Shown: piece after piece, positions 39,838 to 54,407 of the stretch | Numbering within the stretch: the stretch's first letter is position 1 | How the letters are laid out: each line of letters begins with the position of its first letter | Source of the DNA: the human T2T-CHM13v2.0 reference genome, Homo sapiens | Length of the DNA: 64,000 bases | Reading direction: 5' to 3' (one strand) | Assembly: GCF_009914755.1 (NCBI RefSeq) | Contig: NC_060938.1 | Notes under the pieces: generated by a model | The model's input: only the letters and a program-made list of their open reading frames with translations | Told to the model about the DNA's origin: nothing | The model's database searches: none | Position numbers and translations under genes: made by a program

Positions 39838-40124
39838 TTTCTCAGCAAACTAACACAAGAACAGAAAACCAAACACCATGTGGTCTCACTCATAAGTGGG
39901 AGTTGAACAATGAGAAAACATGGACACAGGGAGGGGAACATCACACACTGGGGCCTGTCTGGGGGTAGGAGGTTGCGGGAGGGATAGCATTAGGAGAAAT
40001 TCCTAATGTAGATTATGGGTTGATGGGTGCAGCAAACCACCATGGTACTTGTATACCTAGGTAACAAACCTGCACGTTCTGTACATGTATCCCAGAACTT
40101 AAAGTATAAAAATGAGAAAAAAAG
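39838..40124 (+). mobile_element. L1PA (L1PA7/8-like) 3' end
   Basis: ctcactcataagtgggagttgaacaatgaga...ggacacagggaggggaacatcacacac...cccagaacttaaagtataa plus A-rich tail. Confidence 0.95.
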
Positions 40125-41349
40125 ATGCACAAATAGTGTCACATATAGTATAATAATGATATGGATATGGCCTAATTCATAGAGTCAACATTCTGATACT
40201 AAGAGAAAGGAAAAATCAAAACAAAATAAAGAAAAAACAAAGCAGACAGTAGCCTTTAACCGTTTCCTTTTAAAGAAACATTGTTATCTGGGTTCATTAC
40301 TTGTTAGAAAGTAATGTGAAGCACTTAATAAACTTCAGGTGGTGGTATTAGGTAATTAACATGTGAAATTCCTCATATGGTTATTTAAATTTCGTGGTAG
40401 TATTTAACAGTTTTCATGTTTATGGCCTTTTCCTGCAACTAAGTTGTAAAATCCTTAAGGGAAAGGATGAGGAAAGGAAGACAAGAGAGAAACTAGCATT
40501 TGTTGACTGGCTACTACGTGCCAGCCACAGCACTAGCTACTAAACCTGTGTCACTTTATTTAAATATGAAGGTCAGAAAGCATTTCTCATGTTCCTGGTA
40601 TCTCCTGCACTGCCTAGTATAATATTTCATACTTACAGGTGCTTCATCAATATTTGTGTTGGTTGACTTAGCAATTTAAACTGCTTCTAAATAGAGTTAC
40701 GTGAGTTTTTCCCCAAAGACTCATGCCCTTTTTTAGGAGGCAAACTAGCCCTTTCCATGTCACCTTCCTTAAGAAGCAGGGCAAAGAGGTGACAGTTTTT
40801 ATACTGAAATCAGTTGTTTAATTGTTCACCCATTTATCAAAGCCTCTGTAGAGTTAAAGACAAGTACAGTGCCCATGTACCCTTTATGCTGCAAGTTCTG
40901 GACAGATAGCTGTCAATGCCTGAAAATAGTGTAAATTCACTGGGTGAAGAGAGCAACTTGCCAGGGGGATGTGATGTAGCCCCTTCTAGAGTATGGGGTT
41001 TTCTACTTGGGCATAGTCAGCTGCTAGTTTGTTGGATTGCTGCTGCTGGGGAAAGACCAGGCCACTTCATGATGGAATGCGTCAACTTTTGGAAAGTCAA
41101 ATTCAGGATGCAGTTTCAACTAGTAGTAACTATATTTTTCTATCTTTTAAAAAGTGAAGGAGCAACAGACCAGTCTAGACACATGGACGGGCTTTAGGGC
41201 TCAGTTGCTAAAGAGATAGAAGTAAAATATTATAGAAAATGCTTATAGTACATGTTAAGTGAGAAAGGTAAGGTAAAAATGGTTTATGACCTATAACTGT
41301 GTGAAAACTAACCAAAGAGACACGTATCATTTAAAAAGATTTAATGTTG

Positions 41350-41654
<305 letters not shown>

Positions 41655-41744
41655 TCAACAGTACTGGAAGTTGAGGAGGACGAGCAAGCCAGATAGCACC
41701 AATGATCATGAATAAATTCCTTATCTTTCAGAAAGCATTATTGT

Positions 41745-41940
41745 TCAGTGGTTTCAAGTTTTGGATGTGCACTCACATTGCCTGTATGGAATCCTGGCTC
41801 CACAAGTAGTTGTGTGAGATTGGGAAAGTTGCACTTGTTTAATCTGTAAAATGGAAAATATCTGAGGATTAAATTAAAATATAGCTGGATCATGCATAGC
41901 ATAATACTTGGAATATACTAAGTCATGAATAAATAGTACT
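41745..41940 (+). mobile_element. MIR SINE
   Basis: gaatcctggctccacaagtagttgtgtgagattgggaaagtt...atctgtaaaatgg...gaggattaaatta. Confidence 0.7.
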
Positions 41941-42582
41941 GTTGTCATTTCTTTGACATTAATTATTAAGGCAATTAGGAAATTTTCCATCTAGTTAACA
42001 TATAGCAAATCAAACTAAGCTGTGAAAAATATATAATATGCTATGGTAATAAGACACTGAACTGTGATGCTATTATTGGGGTCTGTCTAAATCCACAGAA
42101 GCATCAGAAATTCACATAAATCAATGCTAATGTCAATGCCTAGTAAATTATAGTCTCAGAAACATGAAGATTCTAGATGTTTTCCCCTTCTTTGCACACT
42201 TTGTTTATATTTCACCCTATTACTATTATCACCTATATTTATGGTTTTTCAATCATTTGTGAGTGCTTGGAGGAAATTCATTGGTTCAGCAGTTGAACCA
42301 GGGTATTGAATAGTACATGAGGACTCTCAGACTCTGAAGAGCTGGTCGGGTGTCTCTGGCTAACACATTTCCAGTGGATAAAGAGCTGCTCCAGGGACAT
42401 CTCCTTCCTCTGCAGTACAGTGATCTTTTTGCTGGTGACTAGAAAGTCCAGGGGAAAGGACAGCCAGCCAAAGGGTGGCAAACTGATGGAAAGTGGGGGC
42501 AAGCTTTCTGTAACCATGTAAAAGAAACTGCCAATTCCCATGAAAATCCATTGTCTCTTTTTCTTATTAACAAATCCCCAAC

Positions 42583-42900
42583 AAGCCACCATGGCTCAAG
42601 CCTGTAATCACAGCATTTTAGGAGGCTGAAGCAAGAGAATTGCTTGGGGCCGGGAGTTTGAGACCATCCTGGGCAACACAGTGAGGCATGCATCTCTACA
42701 TAAAAATTTTACAATTAGTCTAGTGTGGTGGCACATGCCTGTAGTCCCAGCTACTCAGGAGGCTGAGGTGGATCGCTTGAGCCAGGAGTTCAAGGCTGCA
42801 GTGAACTAGGATCAAGCCACTGCACTGCAGCCTAACTGACAGAGCAAAATCCTGTCTCTAAAATAATAATAATTTTAAAATAAAAATAAAATGCTAAAAT
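42583..42900 (+). mobile_element. AluJ
   Basis: ggatcgcttgagccaggagttcaaggctgcagtga; TSD caaatc(c/t)ccaa. Confidence 0.93.
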
Positions 42901-43089
42901 GAACCAAATCTCCAATTTTATTTGAAATAACACTGCCTTAGTTTTTTAAGAAAGAAAATAAAACATTTCTCACCTTTTCTAACAGTCAAGCTGGTATGTT
43001 GCTTTAAGTTTGGTGAGTGTCAGGTATGCAAAAGTGTTGAGTGGCAGATACAGAAAGACTGCTTAAAGGCATCTGACTCAGTTGCAAAG

Positions 43090-43345
43090 GACATCCTTTG
43101 TCCTTCTTGCTGCCTGTACTATGAATGTAGTGGTTGGATCTTCAGAAGCCTATTTAATCATAAGGTAATCTTAAAGATGGAAGTTATGATTAAGAATGCC
43201 AGAACACAAAGATAAAAAATATAGAAGTCTCAGATGAAATTTCTGAATCAGCCTTAAACTATAATGCTTAAACTGTTTAAATGTGAAGGGATAAAATTTG
43301 GGGCATTTATGCCACTATTTTATTTTATCGTTGTTACAGTGAGTA
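43090..43345 (+). mobile_element. Old MaLR LTR fragment (MLT1J/K-like, tentative)
   Basis: ccttcttgctgcctg...aagatggaag...tttatgccactatttt...ttgttacag. Confidence 0.4.
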
Positions 43346-43974
43346 CAATTTTTAATTGGTATGTGTGTAAGATTTGCTCAGATCTCAATCAATGGTTCTA
43401 AGAGGAAAAAGCTTAATTCCAAGCTGCCTCTCTCCTGTCTATGATATCCCAAGCATCACAAAGTACACTTCCAGCTCCTCAGACCCTGTCCTTGTTTTGC
43501 ATTGTTTAGCCAAACCACTTCTTAACTTCAAGTAGCAAATAGATAACTCACATTAGCATTAGGTTCTCTTATTACAAGTAATTGACAAGAATTGTACCAG
43601 TGATTAGGTGTTGCCCAAAGATCTTTTAAAATTCCATGTGACCCAAATACTACCAAATCCTAAAAGATTTAACTAACTGGCTCACTAACCAATGCACACA
43701 CATACTTACTTATTTCACCCAGTATGTGTTGACTACCTTTTGCCCACCAAGAGCTAGGCAGGTTCACAGTGCCTAGCTCCCAGGCACAAAGATAAATCAG
43801 AAACCATTCTGTCTAAGTCAACCTTTCATTTTAGCTTAGCAGGAAACACACTAAACCACGGCTGAAATATGCCAGGAAGTTGGTAGCTGGTGATGCCTCT
43901 ACCACACCGCAGTGTGGTTAATCCAGCATTCGACTTAGTCGAAATCACTTTTTTCTTCCAATACTGGCATTTTT

Positions 43975-43998
43975 ATGGATGGATGGATGGATAGATGA
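43975..43998. repeat. (TGGA)n microsatellite
   Basis: atggatggatggatggatagatga. Confidence 0.8.
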
Positions 43999-45502
43999 AT
44001 ATCAGTATCAAAAGGTCCATGCTTTATTTTCTAATAACAATTCATGTCCAATTATCTGACTGCCAGCACAGTTATCTGCTATGGTTGTTAGAAACTTTAG
44101 AAAGAAGTAAATCCTCCAAAATTGTCAGTTTTAAAATCTGAGAGAAAACAGAATGAATAGATAAGAGATGCTTCAAGGCAGTTCAGCTCTGTGATGGTTC
44201 CGTTGAGATAGAACACACATATACAAAGTGTTTGAAGTAAGAATTTCCTTCGAGGAGAAGCACAAAGGGAATAGAAGACCCAGCATTTGTTACTGGCCTT
44301 AGATAAGCTTACTGTTCACTTATTTATCAATGTAAAAACGCCCAATTAGTTTTTAGCTCAAGGAAGAGAGGACATGGCCAAAGATGGCCTTCATGAACTT
44401 TTTTTTTCCTGTGTGAAGTATGGAAACTCATTTTCAGTATTGGATTTTGACTGGATTGTCTTCTACCCAGAAGCTGGCTCTGCAGAAGTTATGATCAGAT
44501 CTTTGGAAGTAACATTTGATCTACCGCCGAATATAGATCCCCTTCCTTCCCTCTTCTACTCCCTCCTTGCTTTTCCTTCTTATTACACTGATTTCATGCA
44601 AAATTAATTATCAGTCCTGTCACATCTTGCACTGCTAACAGTGGTCAGTATTGAATTATGGGGAACGTGAACAGAATTTTCAGCAGCCTAATTGCTTCTC
44701 CTGTGCCCAGCAAAATGTTACGTTAAATACTCACAGCAAGCAGACTGTATTCTATTTCCATAACAAACTGGCGGGATTTCATTACCAGAATCCCTAGCAT
44801 CTACTCACATGACTCTTTCCTAACTGCCCTATCAGACTGGTCTTGGATAAAGTAAATTCCTTTCCAAAGCTGCAGCTGCCTAGTTAGGTATTGAAATATT
44901 GTATCCACTTGCAGGTCAAAAAGGAAAAAATAACAACAACAGCAAGTGGTCCATGAGAGTGAAGTGGACGTATTAAAACTAGGCTGGGTCTTCTCTTGGA
45001 AGATGACAGACTGAGTCCCACAGTGCCTCACTCCATTCAAAGCAATTAGGAGTGTAGGATTGCAGTGACAACGGATCTCCAGGGCTATCATAGTGCTTTA
45101 CCTAAAGATAACAAGAGATTAGCCCTTAGTGACAGATGACTAATATATTCTGTGGACACTGACTGAGAGTTTGGGAGTTTCTACTGTCCCTCTCAAGGAG
45201 CTTAGAGAATATGTACACGGGAAGACAAAAATTAAAGAAATAAATGTAATGCACTGTATAATGCATAATGATAAATGCATCTTCAAGGTACCTAAGTAAT
45301 TTAGAAGATATTGCAGTGGGAGAAGAGTACTGAGATATTCACCAAATTCCTACCAGAAAAAATAACACTTGAGTTGGCTGATGAAGGTTGACTAGGAGTT
45401 CATTAGACATAGTAGAGAAAGTCATTTTAGAAAAAATGATAATAACCAGCTTTGATTGAGAGCTCAATTTTGCTTGTCCTTTTTGGAAGTGTACTGTATG
45501 TA

Positions 45503-45875
45503 TGTATTAGTCCATTTTCACATTGCTATAAAAAACTGTCCAAGACTGGGTAATTTATAAAGGAAAGAGGTTTAATTGACCCACAGTTCTACATGGCTGG
45601 GAAGGCCTCAGGAAACTTACAATCATGGTGGAAGGGGAAACAAACACATCCTTCTTCACATGGCAGCAGGAGAGGGAAGTGCAGAGTGAAGGGGGGAAAA
45701 GCCCCGTATAGAACCATCAGCTCTCATGAGAACTCATTCACTATCACAAGAACTGCTTGGGGAACCGTCCCCATGATCCAGTCACATCCCACTGGTTCCC
45801 TCCTACAATACGTGGGGATTATGGGAACTATAGTTCAAGATGAGATTTGGGTGGGGACACAGCCAAATCATATCA
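45503..45875 (-). mobile_element. THE1D-like MaLR solo LTR
   Basis: tgtattagtccattttcac...aggaaacttacaatcatggtggaagg...gagatttgggtggggacacagccaaatcatatca; perfect TSD atgta. Confidence 0.95.
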
Positions 45876-45914
45876 ATGTATTAAAACAGTTAATCTTTAT
45901 AGTGATAGTGATTC

Positions 45915-46012
45915 TTTGAGGTATTATTCCCATCTTAAGAATGAGGAAACTGAGGCACTGAGAGGTTAACTCACAGCTAGTAAGTAAGAGAGCAAGAATT
46001 CATACCCAGCAG
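45915..46012 (-). mobile_element. MIR SINE
   Basis: attattcccatcttaagaatgaggaaactgaggcactgagaggttaac. Confidence 0.8.
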
Positions 46013-46109
46013 TATGAAGAAGTGAAGGATGAGTTGGGAATACAGAACTTGATCATTGAGAGTCATACTAGTCACACCAAGGAAGTTAGAGTTAATCAAT
46101 TGACAACGG

Positions 46110-46380
46110 GGAGCTCTTGAAAAGAACTGACAAGGTCAGATTTGCATTTTAGAAATATTGTTGTGGAAACAGAAGGATTGATTAGAAGGAAGCCAGAACT
46201 GGAGCCTGGAAAGTTGGCTACATGGCTTTCACAGTAATCCAGGAAGGGGATGATGGAAGAGAGGCTGGAGCATGGGAGCAACAGCTGGAGTGAAGAAGAG
46301 AGGATATGTGTGGGAAATCTTTAAGGGGTACATTTGGCACAACTAGGTGATAGACAGAAGTGATGGGTGGGGAGTAGAAT
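46110..46380 (-). mobile_element. L2 fragment
   Basis: tcagatttgcattttagaaa...cagtaatccaggaaggggatgatgg...tggagtgaagaagag. Confidence 0.6.
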
Positions 46381-46540
46381 TGGTGAATCTACTCTTCTAA
46401 CTGCCTTTCCCTATCTCCAGTCTCACCAAGTATCTTGAATTAGGAAGCAAGGAAAAGGGGTCAATTAAGAAAAAGGGAGAGCAAGGTTAATGGAGAACAG
46501 GCTCAAGAAGGAAGAATTTAAAAATGGAATAAGGCAAGAG

Positions 46541-46684
46541 AGGATAAAGAAACTACCTATGGAGTGCTATGCTTGTTACCTGGGTAGCAAAATAATCTGT
46601 ACACCAAATCCCCATGACATGTGATTTACCTGTATACCAAACCTGCACATGTATCCCTGAACCTGAAATAAAAGTTTAAAAAAA
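46541..46684 (+). mobile_element. L1PA15/16-like 3' end
   Basis: aataatctgtacaccaaatcccc...aaacctgcacatgtatccctgaacctgaaataaaagttt; diverged TSD aaaatggaataaggcaagag / aaaatagaatgagttaagag. Confidence 0.9.
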
Positions 46685-47307
46685 TAGAATGAGTTAAGAG
46701 ATTTGGTAATCTTGAGAAATGTCTGTAAAGTGTCCATGTATTCCATGGGTTCAATGGGGATCTGCCATTGAAATTCATAGACCTGAATATCAGAGAAGGG
46801 TAGAAGATTAGAGAATTTGCTGTTTGGATAGTCGAACTCCTTCTTTCATAGATGAGGAAAGTAAAGTCTAGAGAAATTGGAGAGACTTGTGTTATATCAC
46901 TTAGTTTGTTACAGAGCTGAATTCATACCACCCATTTCCATGTGCCCTCAAATAGTAGCCGACCTCTTCCTTCCTGGGAGAGAATCCTTAACCACCAAGT
47001 CCTGATCTCATAGGCCTGATAGTCAATCCTTGGAAGGGATACTGTGGTGCATTGCTTAGATCCGTCCCACTTAACCCTGGGACCCACATACTCACTCACC
47101 AACCTGCTGGGAGTGCTGGTCACTGACCTGTCTCAACTAGGTTGACTCCAGGAATTGCTCTCTGCTAAAGGATTTTTTCTGTTTCAGGGATATACCAAAA
47201 TGAAAAAATAAAAATTTTATATAAAGAGCGTTTGTTGCCTGGGTTGTATGCCTGTAGAATACATTCAGAGGTAGAATTACTGTTTCAATAGTATTAATAA
47301 ATTTTTA

Positions 47308-47361
47308 CCCAATGGCTTTTCAAAAGTGTGCATCCCCAATGGCTTTTCAAAAGTGGGCATC
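47308..47361. repeat. 27-bp tandem duplication (1 mismatch)
   Basis: cccaatggcttttcaaaagtgtgcatc followed by cccaatggcttttcaaaagtgggcatc. Confidence 0.93.
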
Positions 47362-47920
47362 AATACACACTTAGAAATATGCAGTAGGATCAATTTCACC
47401 AATTATCTCACCATCTTTTTAGAAGCTAATTCATTTTGCATTCTTAAATTCCACTAAATTTCAAGAGAGCAGTTAAAGAATAATACAAAACTTTGAAGCA
47501 CTAAATGTATATATTTAAGATATTATGTCTTCTGTAGTCAATGGCAAATATCAAGAATAGAGAAGATGCACAAAACTGACCAGTAGCAGAAACAGAGATC
47601 CACATTCTAATCTCACGTCTTTCTACTTTGGTTAAAGGCAATAATTCCTATTTCACTCACTGATGAGTCTTTCCCTAACGAGAATGTGACTAAAACCAGT
47701 TGAGTTTGCGAAAGGGATGTAGAAAGAGACAATTAGGTAAAGGTGAAAAATGAGACTGATGAAGTGACGTTGGTCAATCTCCTGTTTACTGAGTGCAGGT
47801 TAGGAAATAACATCAACTAGGTTTTCTGGAATTTGAGAACTGAGTATTATAAAAACACTGACTCCGTTATTATTATTATTGTCATTTTTAATTTTGGATT
47901 CAGAGATAGGAGCTGAATAG

Positions 47921-47951
<31 letters not shown>

Positions 47952-48181
47952 CATGCTTATGAAGAGCTGCCTAGTGAAAATGACACTCCTTTGGCTTAGG
48001 AAGAGAAAGAAAATGAAAGCCTTACTTCTTTCTTCTACTGATTGAAGTTTTTACTTTCTGCTGTTTACTTGGGTTTTTAATATTGAAGACTTCTTTGTAG
48101 TCTCTGATGAGTTTTGAAGATTAATTTTGCAGAAGTAAGATAATATTCCTGTTTACCAGAAATATTTCTGACCATAAGACT

Positions 48182-49503
48182 CATTATTTATTTATTATGG
48201 ATGGTCATTTTATATATTTTTAATGCTTATTTAAGACTCGGGAGTACATGTGCAGGCTTGTTACATGGATAGATTGTGTGCCACTGAAATTTGGTGTAAG
48301 AATGATCCCCTCATCATTCTTAGCATAGTAGTCAATAGTCAGGTTTTCAAGCCTCAACCCTTCCCTCCCCCTCTAGTAATCCCCAGTGTCTATTGTTGAC
48401 ATATTTATGTTCATGAGTACTCATAGTTTAGCTTGCAATTACAAGTGAGAATATGTGGTATTTGGTTTTCTGTTCCTACATCAATTCACTTAGGGTAATT
48501 GCCTCCAGGTGCATCCATGTTACTGAAAAGAACATGATTTCATTCATTTTTCTTTTCTGTGGCTGTGTAGTATTCCATGGTGTACATGTACCATATTGTT
48601 TTTATCCAATCCACCATTGATAGGCACCTAGGTTGATTCTATGTCTTTGCTATTGTGAATAGTGCTGCAGTGAACATACAAGTGCATGTATCTTTTTTGG
48701 TAAAATAATTTGTATTCCTTTGGGTATAAACCTAGTAATGGAATTGCTGAGTTGAATGGTAATACCATTTTAAGTTCTTTTGGAAATCTCCAAACTGCTT
48801 TCAACAGTGTCTGAACTAATGTACATTCTCACCAACAGTGTAGCTTTCCCTTTCCTCTGCAACCTTTCCAACATCTGTTTTTTTGTTTGTTTGTTTTTCA
48901 CTTTTTAGTAATAGCCGTTCTGACTGGTGTGAGATGATATCTCATTGCGGTTTTGGTTTGCATTTCTCTAACTAGTGATATTGATCACTTTTTCATGTAA
49001 TTGTTGGCTGCATGTATGTCTTCTTTTGAGAAGTGTCCGTTCATATTCTTTGCCTATTTTTAATGGAGTTATTTGATTTTTTTGTTGAATTGTTTAAGTT
49101 TCTTATGGATTCTAGATATTAGGTATATTTTAAATGCATAGTTTACAAATATTTTCTCCCATTCTCTAGGTTATCTGCTTACTCTATTGATAGTTTCTTT
49201 TGCTGTGCAAAAAGTCTTTAGTTTAATTAGGTCCCACTTAGCAATTTTTGTTTTTGTGGTAATTGCTTTTGGAGATTTAGTTGTGCATTCTTTGCCAAGG
49301 CCAACGTTCTAAATGGTATTTCCTAGGTTTCCTTCTAGGATTTTTATGATTTTTAGGTCTCACATTTAAGTTTTCAATCTATCTTAAATAATATTTGTAT
49401 ATGGTGAGAGGTGTAGGGGTCCAGTTTCAATCTTCTGCATATGGCTAGCTAGTTATCCCAGCAATATTTGTTGAATAGTAGGGAGTCCTTTCCCCATTGC
49501 TTG
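48182..49503 (-). mobile_element. LINE-1 (L1PA15/16-like) 3' ~1.3 kb including decayed ORF2 end
   Basis: gtacatgtgcaggcttgttacatgg, ctgactggtgtgagatgatatctcattg, cttcttttgagaagtgtc, gggagtcctttccccattgcttg; TSD-like tgaccataagact / tgaccatgagatt. Confidence 0.95.
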
Positions 49504-50029
49504 TGACCATGAGATTTTATGTGATGTTGAAACCCAAAACTACCCAAAGGAATTAACTACTGCTGGTTAATTGTACCTATATTAAACACTTTCTTTACAG
49601 TATTTTCCTTATTTGGGGGCCATCTCAAAGTCATAACAATCAGAATTTGTGTCTTCTCATATGATTTTTACTCAGAATTACACAGAATACAGTATTCATA
49701 AAAATGAACCAACCATAAAATATTTATTCTTCTACTGTGTCAGGTAGTCTTGTAGGTTCCTAAGAGATACTAAATACAGGTTCATAATTCTTGTCCTCGA
49801 AGATCTCCCAATCTACTGATAAAGCAAGTACCATATGCATGAAAAGATAAATGTCTTTATAAAGTTTCTTAATCATGAGTGCCCATTTGAGTGGTCTGTG
49901 GGTTTTTAGAAGTTATTCACAGAAACGAGGCTCCTTAGTTCTGACATGGGGACCATTTGTTTTTATTTTCAAAAAGCTCTATGAAGTGATTTGGATGTAA
50001 ACCTCTGAAAAGAAGTTATTGTCTTAAAT

Positions 50030-51100
50030 ATTCATGGGAGGCTAGGCCTACTTGCATCTGGAGTTGGCTCCAGAAGTCTTTACAAAGTTAGCTTGGCATT
50101 GGCTGGGTTTCAAAGAATAAATAGAAGGGGATAAACCAAGAAGAAATGTGGATATATATGGGGCACGATTGAATAATTTCCAGAAAGAAATCAGATAGTA
50201 CAAGGAGTGTCCAGAGAATGATGTATATGGCTGAAATGGAAGTGTTATAGAATGGTAGTTAGTAATAAAGCTTTAATATCACAAGCATATTGAAACAAAT
50301 TGCATGTAAAACACTGATGTAATAAAAAGATTTAGATTGTTGGAGTATTTTGATGTCAAGTACTTGTCTTCCTGGTGATGTGAAACCATGCATATGTGTT
50401 TTAAGTAGAAATGTGACTCCATGGGAAAACATGTAAGAACATGAGCAAAGATGGATGAGAATAGGGTGAGTGTGAAGGGAAAACTTATTAGGATGCTAGT
50501 TCTCTGAGGTTATAAAGACCATAAGGTAGTGGCATTGGAGTACAATAAAAAGATGACGACATTTTAAAGGAAGAACCTCCCTGGCAGCATGGCTGAATAG
50601 ACCTGGGAAGAAAGAGAATTTATGCCTGAATGAATGGAAAACTGATGATTTTATATCTCAAAGTGGATAATTTATTTAGAGGCAACTGGCTTTGGAGGAA
50701 AGAGAAAATGAGGGGTTTTCTAATGTTTGAGATGATAGAGAAACAGGCAAGCATAGATACTTTGGAGGCAGTTGGATATGTAGCATTGGAGTCAAAGGCC
50801 AAGTAAGAGGTAGAGAAAGAGATTTTGGAGAACTTCTCATGGAGGAAATACTTGAAGTCTGGAGAATGGATGAGACCTGAAGGGAATAAGATATGTAGAT
50901 AGAGACAAAAGTTGAAGGGTAACACTCAGACTTTGGGGGAGATCTACATTTAGGAAGTAGGAGGAGAAAAGTAAAGGCACAGTAAGAAAAAGAAAGATTC
51001 AACTAAAGAAAAGGCCAAAAAAAGTGTAACCCACAGAGAAAAGAGCATTTCTGGGGCTAAGGAGTGATCAACACTATCAAAATACTACAGGTAAACTAGT
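50030..51100 (-). mobile_element. L2 fragment(s)
   Basis: Purine-rich L2 body: ggaggcagttggatatgtag, gaatggatgagacctgaagggaa, ggagtgatcaac. Confidence 0.7.
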
Positions 51101-51904
51101 AAAACAAGTAATGTCAGCATTAGTTTCCTTGTCTGCATAACAATAATAGTTATTATGAGGTATTTTTGTGAATAAACTGAAATGATGACTATTAAGCATT
51201 TAGCCCAAGGCTAGGTAAAAGAAAAGACTAGCCAAAAGCATCTGTTATTATAAATATAATAATTACTAATCAGCACCCAACTATGCCGGGCACTTTTGTA
51301 GTTACACATTTGAATAAGATGCAACCCTCAATTTCAAAGAAGTAAGTGTCAATACAAAGATAAAGATGTGAAGAATAGATAGATACCATTTTGTGGTATT
51401 GTTTCTACAAGAAAGATGTAAATACAATGGAAAAGGTGCCAGTGGAGAAAAGTGATAACTTTATGAGTCCTTTGCCAGACATAAGTGATAGGGTTTTCTG
51501 TACATATTACATGTTATTCTTAGACTTGTGCAATTTGCTAAGCCAGTTTATAGACTCTTGAATCTGTGTAATTGCTGTGTTCTTGACTCAAACCTGAAGG
51601 GACAGACTCTTGGGAGGGAATAGCCAGGTTCAGCCTTTTATCTTTCTTCTGTGCACAGAACTCTTGCTTACTTTCTCCACCATGGGTAAATCAGAATGGC
51701 TTTGAACAATGAGCATTTTCTGCAGCCTGAGCAGCAGTTGCTCTTTAGACCCAATTTACAAATTAGGAAAAACAAATAAATTATTTATAGCATGACAAAA
51801 ATAGGATTTGGCTTAATCCAACAGCTTTCTCAGTTACAATGCTTGCTGCTCAAGTAATGGATCAATTCACAGTTGGCTAAATCCAGGTGTTTTTGAACCT
51901 TTCT

Positions 51905-52058
51905 ATTTAAAGTATGGTTCTCTGACCAGCAGCATGGAGATCCCTTGGATATTTGTTTCAAATGTAGAATCTCAAGCCCCACTCCAAACTTAACTGGATA
52001 AGAATCTGCGTTCTGTCAACAACTTTAGAGGCACTGTATGCAGATTGAGAGGCACTGG
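51905..52058 (+). mobile_element. MER5A DNA transposon
   Basis: aagtatggttctctgaccagcagcat...aaatgtagaatctcaagccccactcca...ttgagaggcactg. Confidence 0.8.
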
Positions 52059-52399
52059 GCTAGAATACTGAATTAGGGCTGAGGAACATCATCACATTCT
52101 CCACGCTGTCCCAGTATACTGTTGGATGATGTCAGAGCAACGTGAAAGGATTTTGGGTTATGGTTTAGCTCATAGTCCATGCAGAAGAGGCCATAATTAG
52201 CACAGGGTACCATGGCACTTCTCATCTGAGACATGTGACATGGATTTGCACAGATGAGTACTTCTGACCTATTAATGTTAGTAGTAGAAGTGATCCTTTT
52301 GTCAGTGGAAAAAGCTGCCAGACTCAGAAGCAAGTAAAACCTGAAGAATCTTTTAGAACTGTTAGTCAAGAACTTCATAGGTGGTTTATATAAAATTTA

Positions 52400-52914
<515 letters not shown>

Positions 52915-54407
52915 TATTACTTAGTTTATTATTATTTCATTATTATTGAGTATCTATTATTTGATCTTTTATGTAATAATAGTGAAATAATAGACTTCTG
53001 AATATTTGCAGAGAAATCCAATAATTTTAAGTGATATTGGCAAATACTATGATATTAGAAATCTAGGTGGTACTTAGGAATCTATTTTCTTAGTCTCTAT
53101 TCTGTGGCCAGGGAAACTCTTTATTCCTTTTGTCCCTGCTATATTTGAGACAAAGATCTTGAATGCATTCACTCTTCCCTAAGGAAATGCCATCAACTCA
53201 TCATCCCCATACCATGCAAATGCCTTTTACAGCTGCAGAGCAGGTGTGGGCAGATGAATACAGCAGCATATGAACACATGTTTACCCTCCTTGGCCACAC
53301 TTTGTCTTACTCTATGTTTTCTAGGAACACATTTTGGGGTGGAAATGCCTTTATTCCATTTCTATTTAGTCAATTATCTGGTTTAGCTTCCATTCTTACA
53401 ACCTAATTAAATTCAGCCCATCAACTCAGTTTAAGGCATAGCAGCTGTAGACACTTCGTTTATCTACTTGGAGAGAAAAAAGATAAGTTGGTACAGGGGT
53501 TCCCCATCTTGTGAATGCAATTCCCATTCAACTACATGCAATTGAATATGAGCATGGGATGGTATTCTGGACCTAATGTTAAATTCTGCTACTAAGCTAT
53601 CATAGTTGAAATAATATACTCAACTGCAACTTTACATATTTTCCAGGGAAATGCAAATGATTGCTTTTAAAGGAATGACAACTCATTTGCCTGCAGATTT
53701 CATTCAGGATATTTAATTCTGAACTACTAGCCTATCACCCATTAACTGCCATTTCTAATATCTTTTGACTCCCTCAAAGAGGGAAACTCATAATTTGTTT
53801 CACTTAGAATTTACATTTTTTTAATATTCTAGAAACCATGAAAGAAATCACTGAGTCCTTAGCTCCTGTTTTTTTTTTTTTTTTTTTTTTGGTTGTTGTT
53901 AAATTGTAGAATATTAGAATGTTTCAGTTTTACTGATTGTATTTGTTAATCATTCTTCTTCCACTACTGTTGTCTTTTCCCATCCTCTTGGAAGGGTGTT
54001 AGAGAAGACTCTATATCTCACCTACAGATGATTTCACCTAGAAGCTTAGCCTCCCTTCATGACTACTGTTAAAGATAAAGACTGCCTTTGGTTGACACCA
54101 TAACCCACAAGAAATGATTGCATTCCTCCTGGATGGGGAGCAGGTGACATTGCAGATGTTACACTTCCCACATGGCTAAGCCACTGATCGAGATTAAAAA
54201 TTCAAAAGACACCAAAGAGCCACGTTATTGTCCCCTCACAGGGAGCTCTAGAAATACATGACCTAAATTGTTTCTTCTAAGCATATTATCAGTTCCATTT
54301 TCAAGGTATCAACATGATATCTTTCCATTGGTTCACAGGAAGACCAAAGAGTGACAAGAGAAAAATGTTTCCATTTGTAGTTTTTCTACAGACTCATGGT
54401 ATAGGTC

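Noticed and set aside
42278-42592. 104-aa ORF in a unique GC-richer segment
   Set aside because: No recognisable domain, it starts in an Alu, and there are no matching splice signals.
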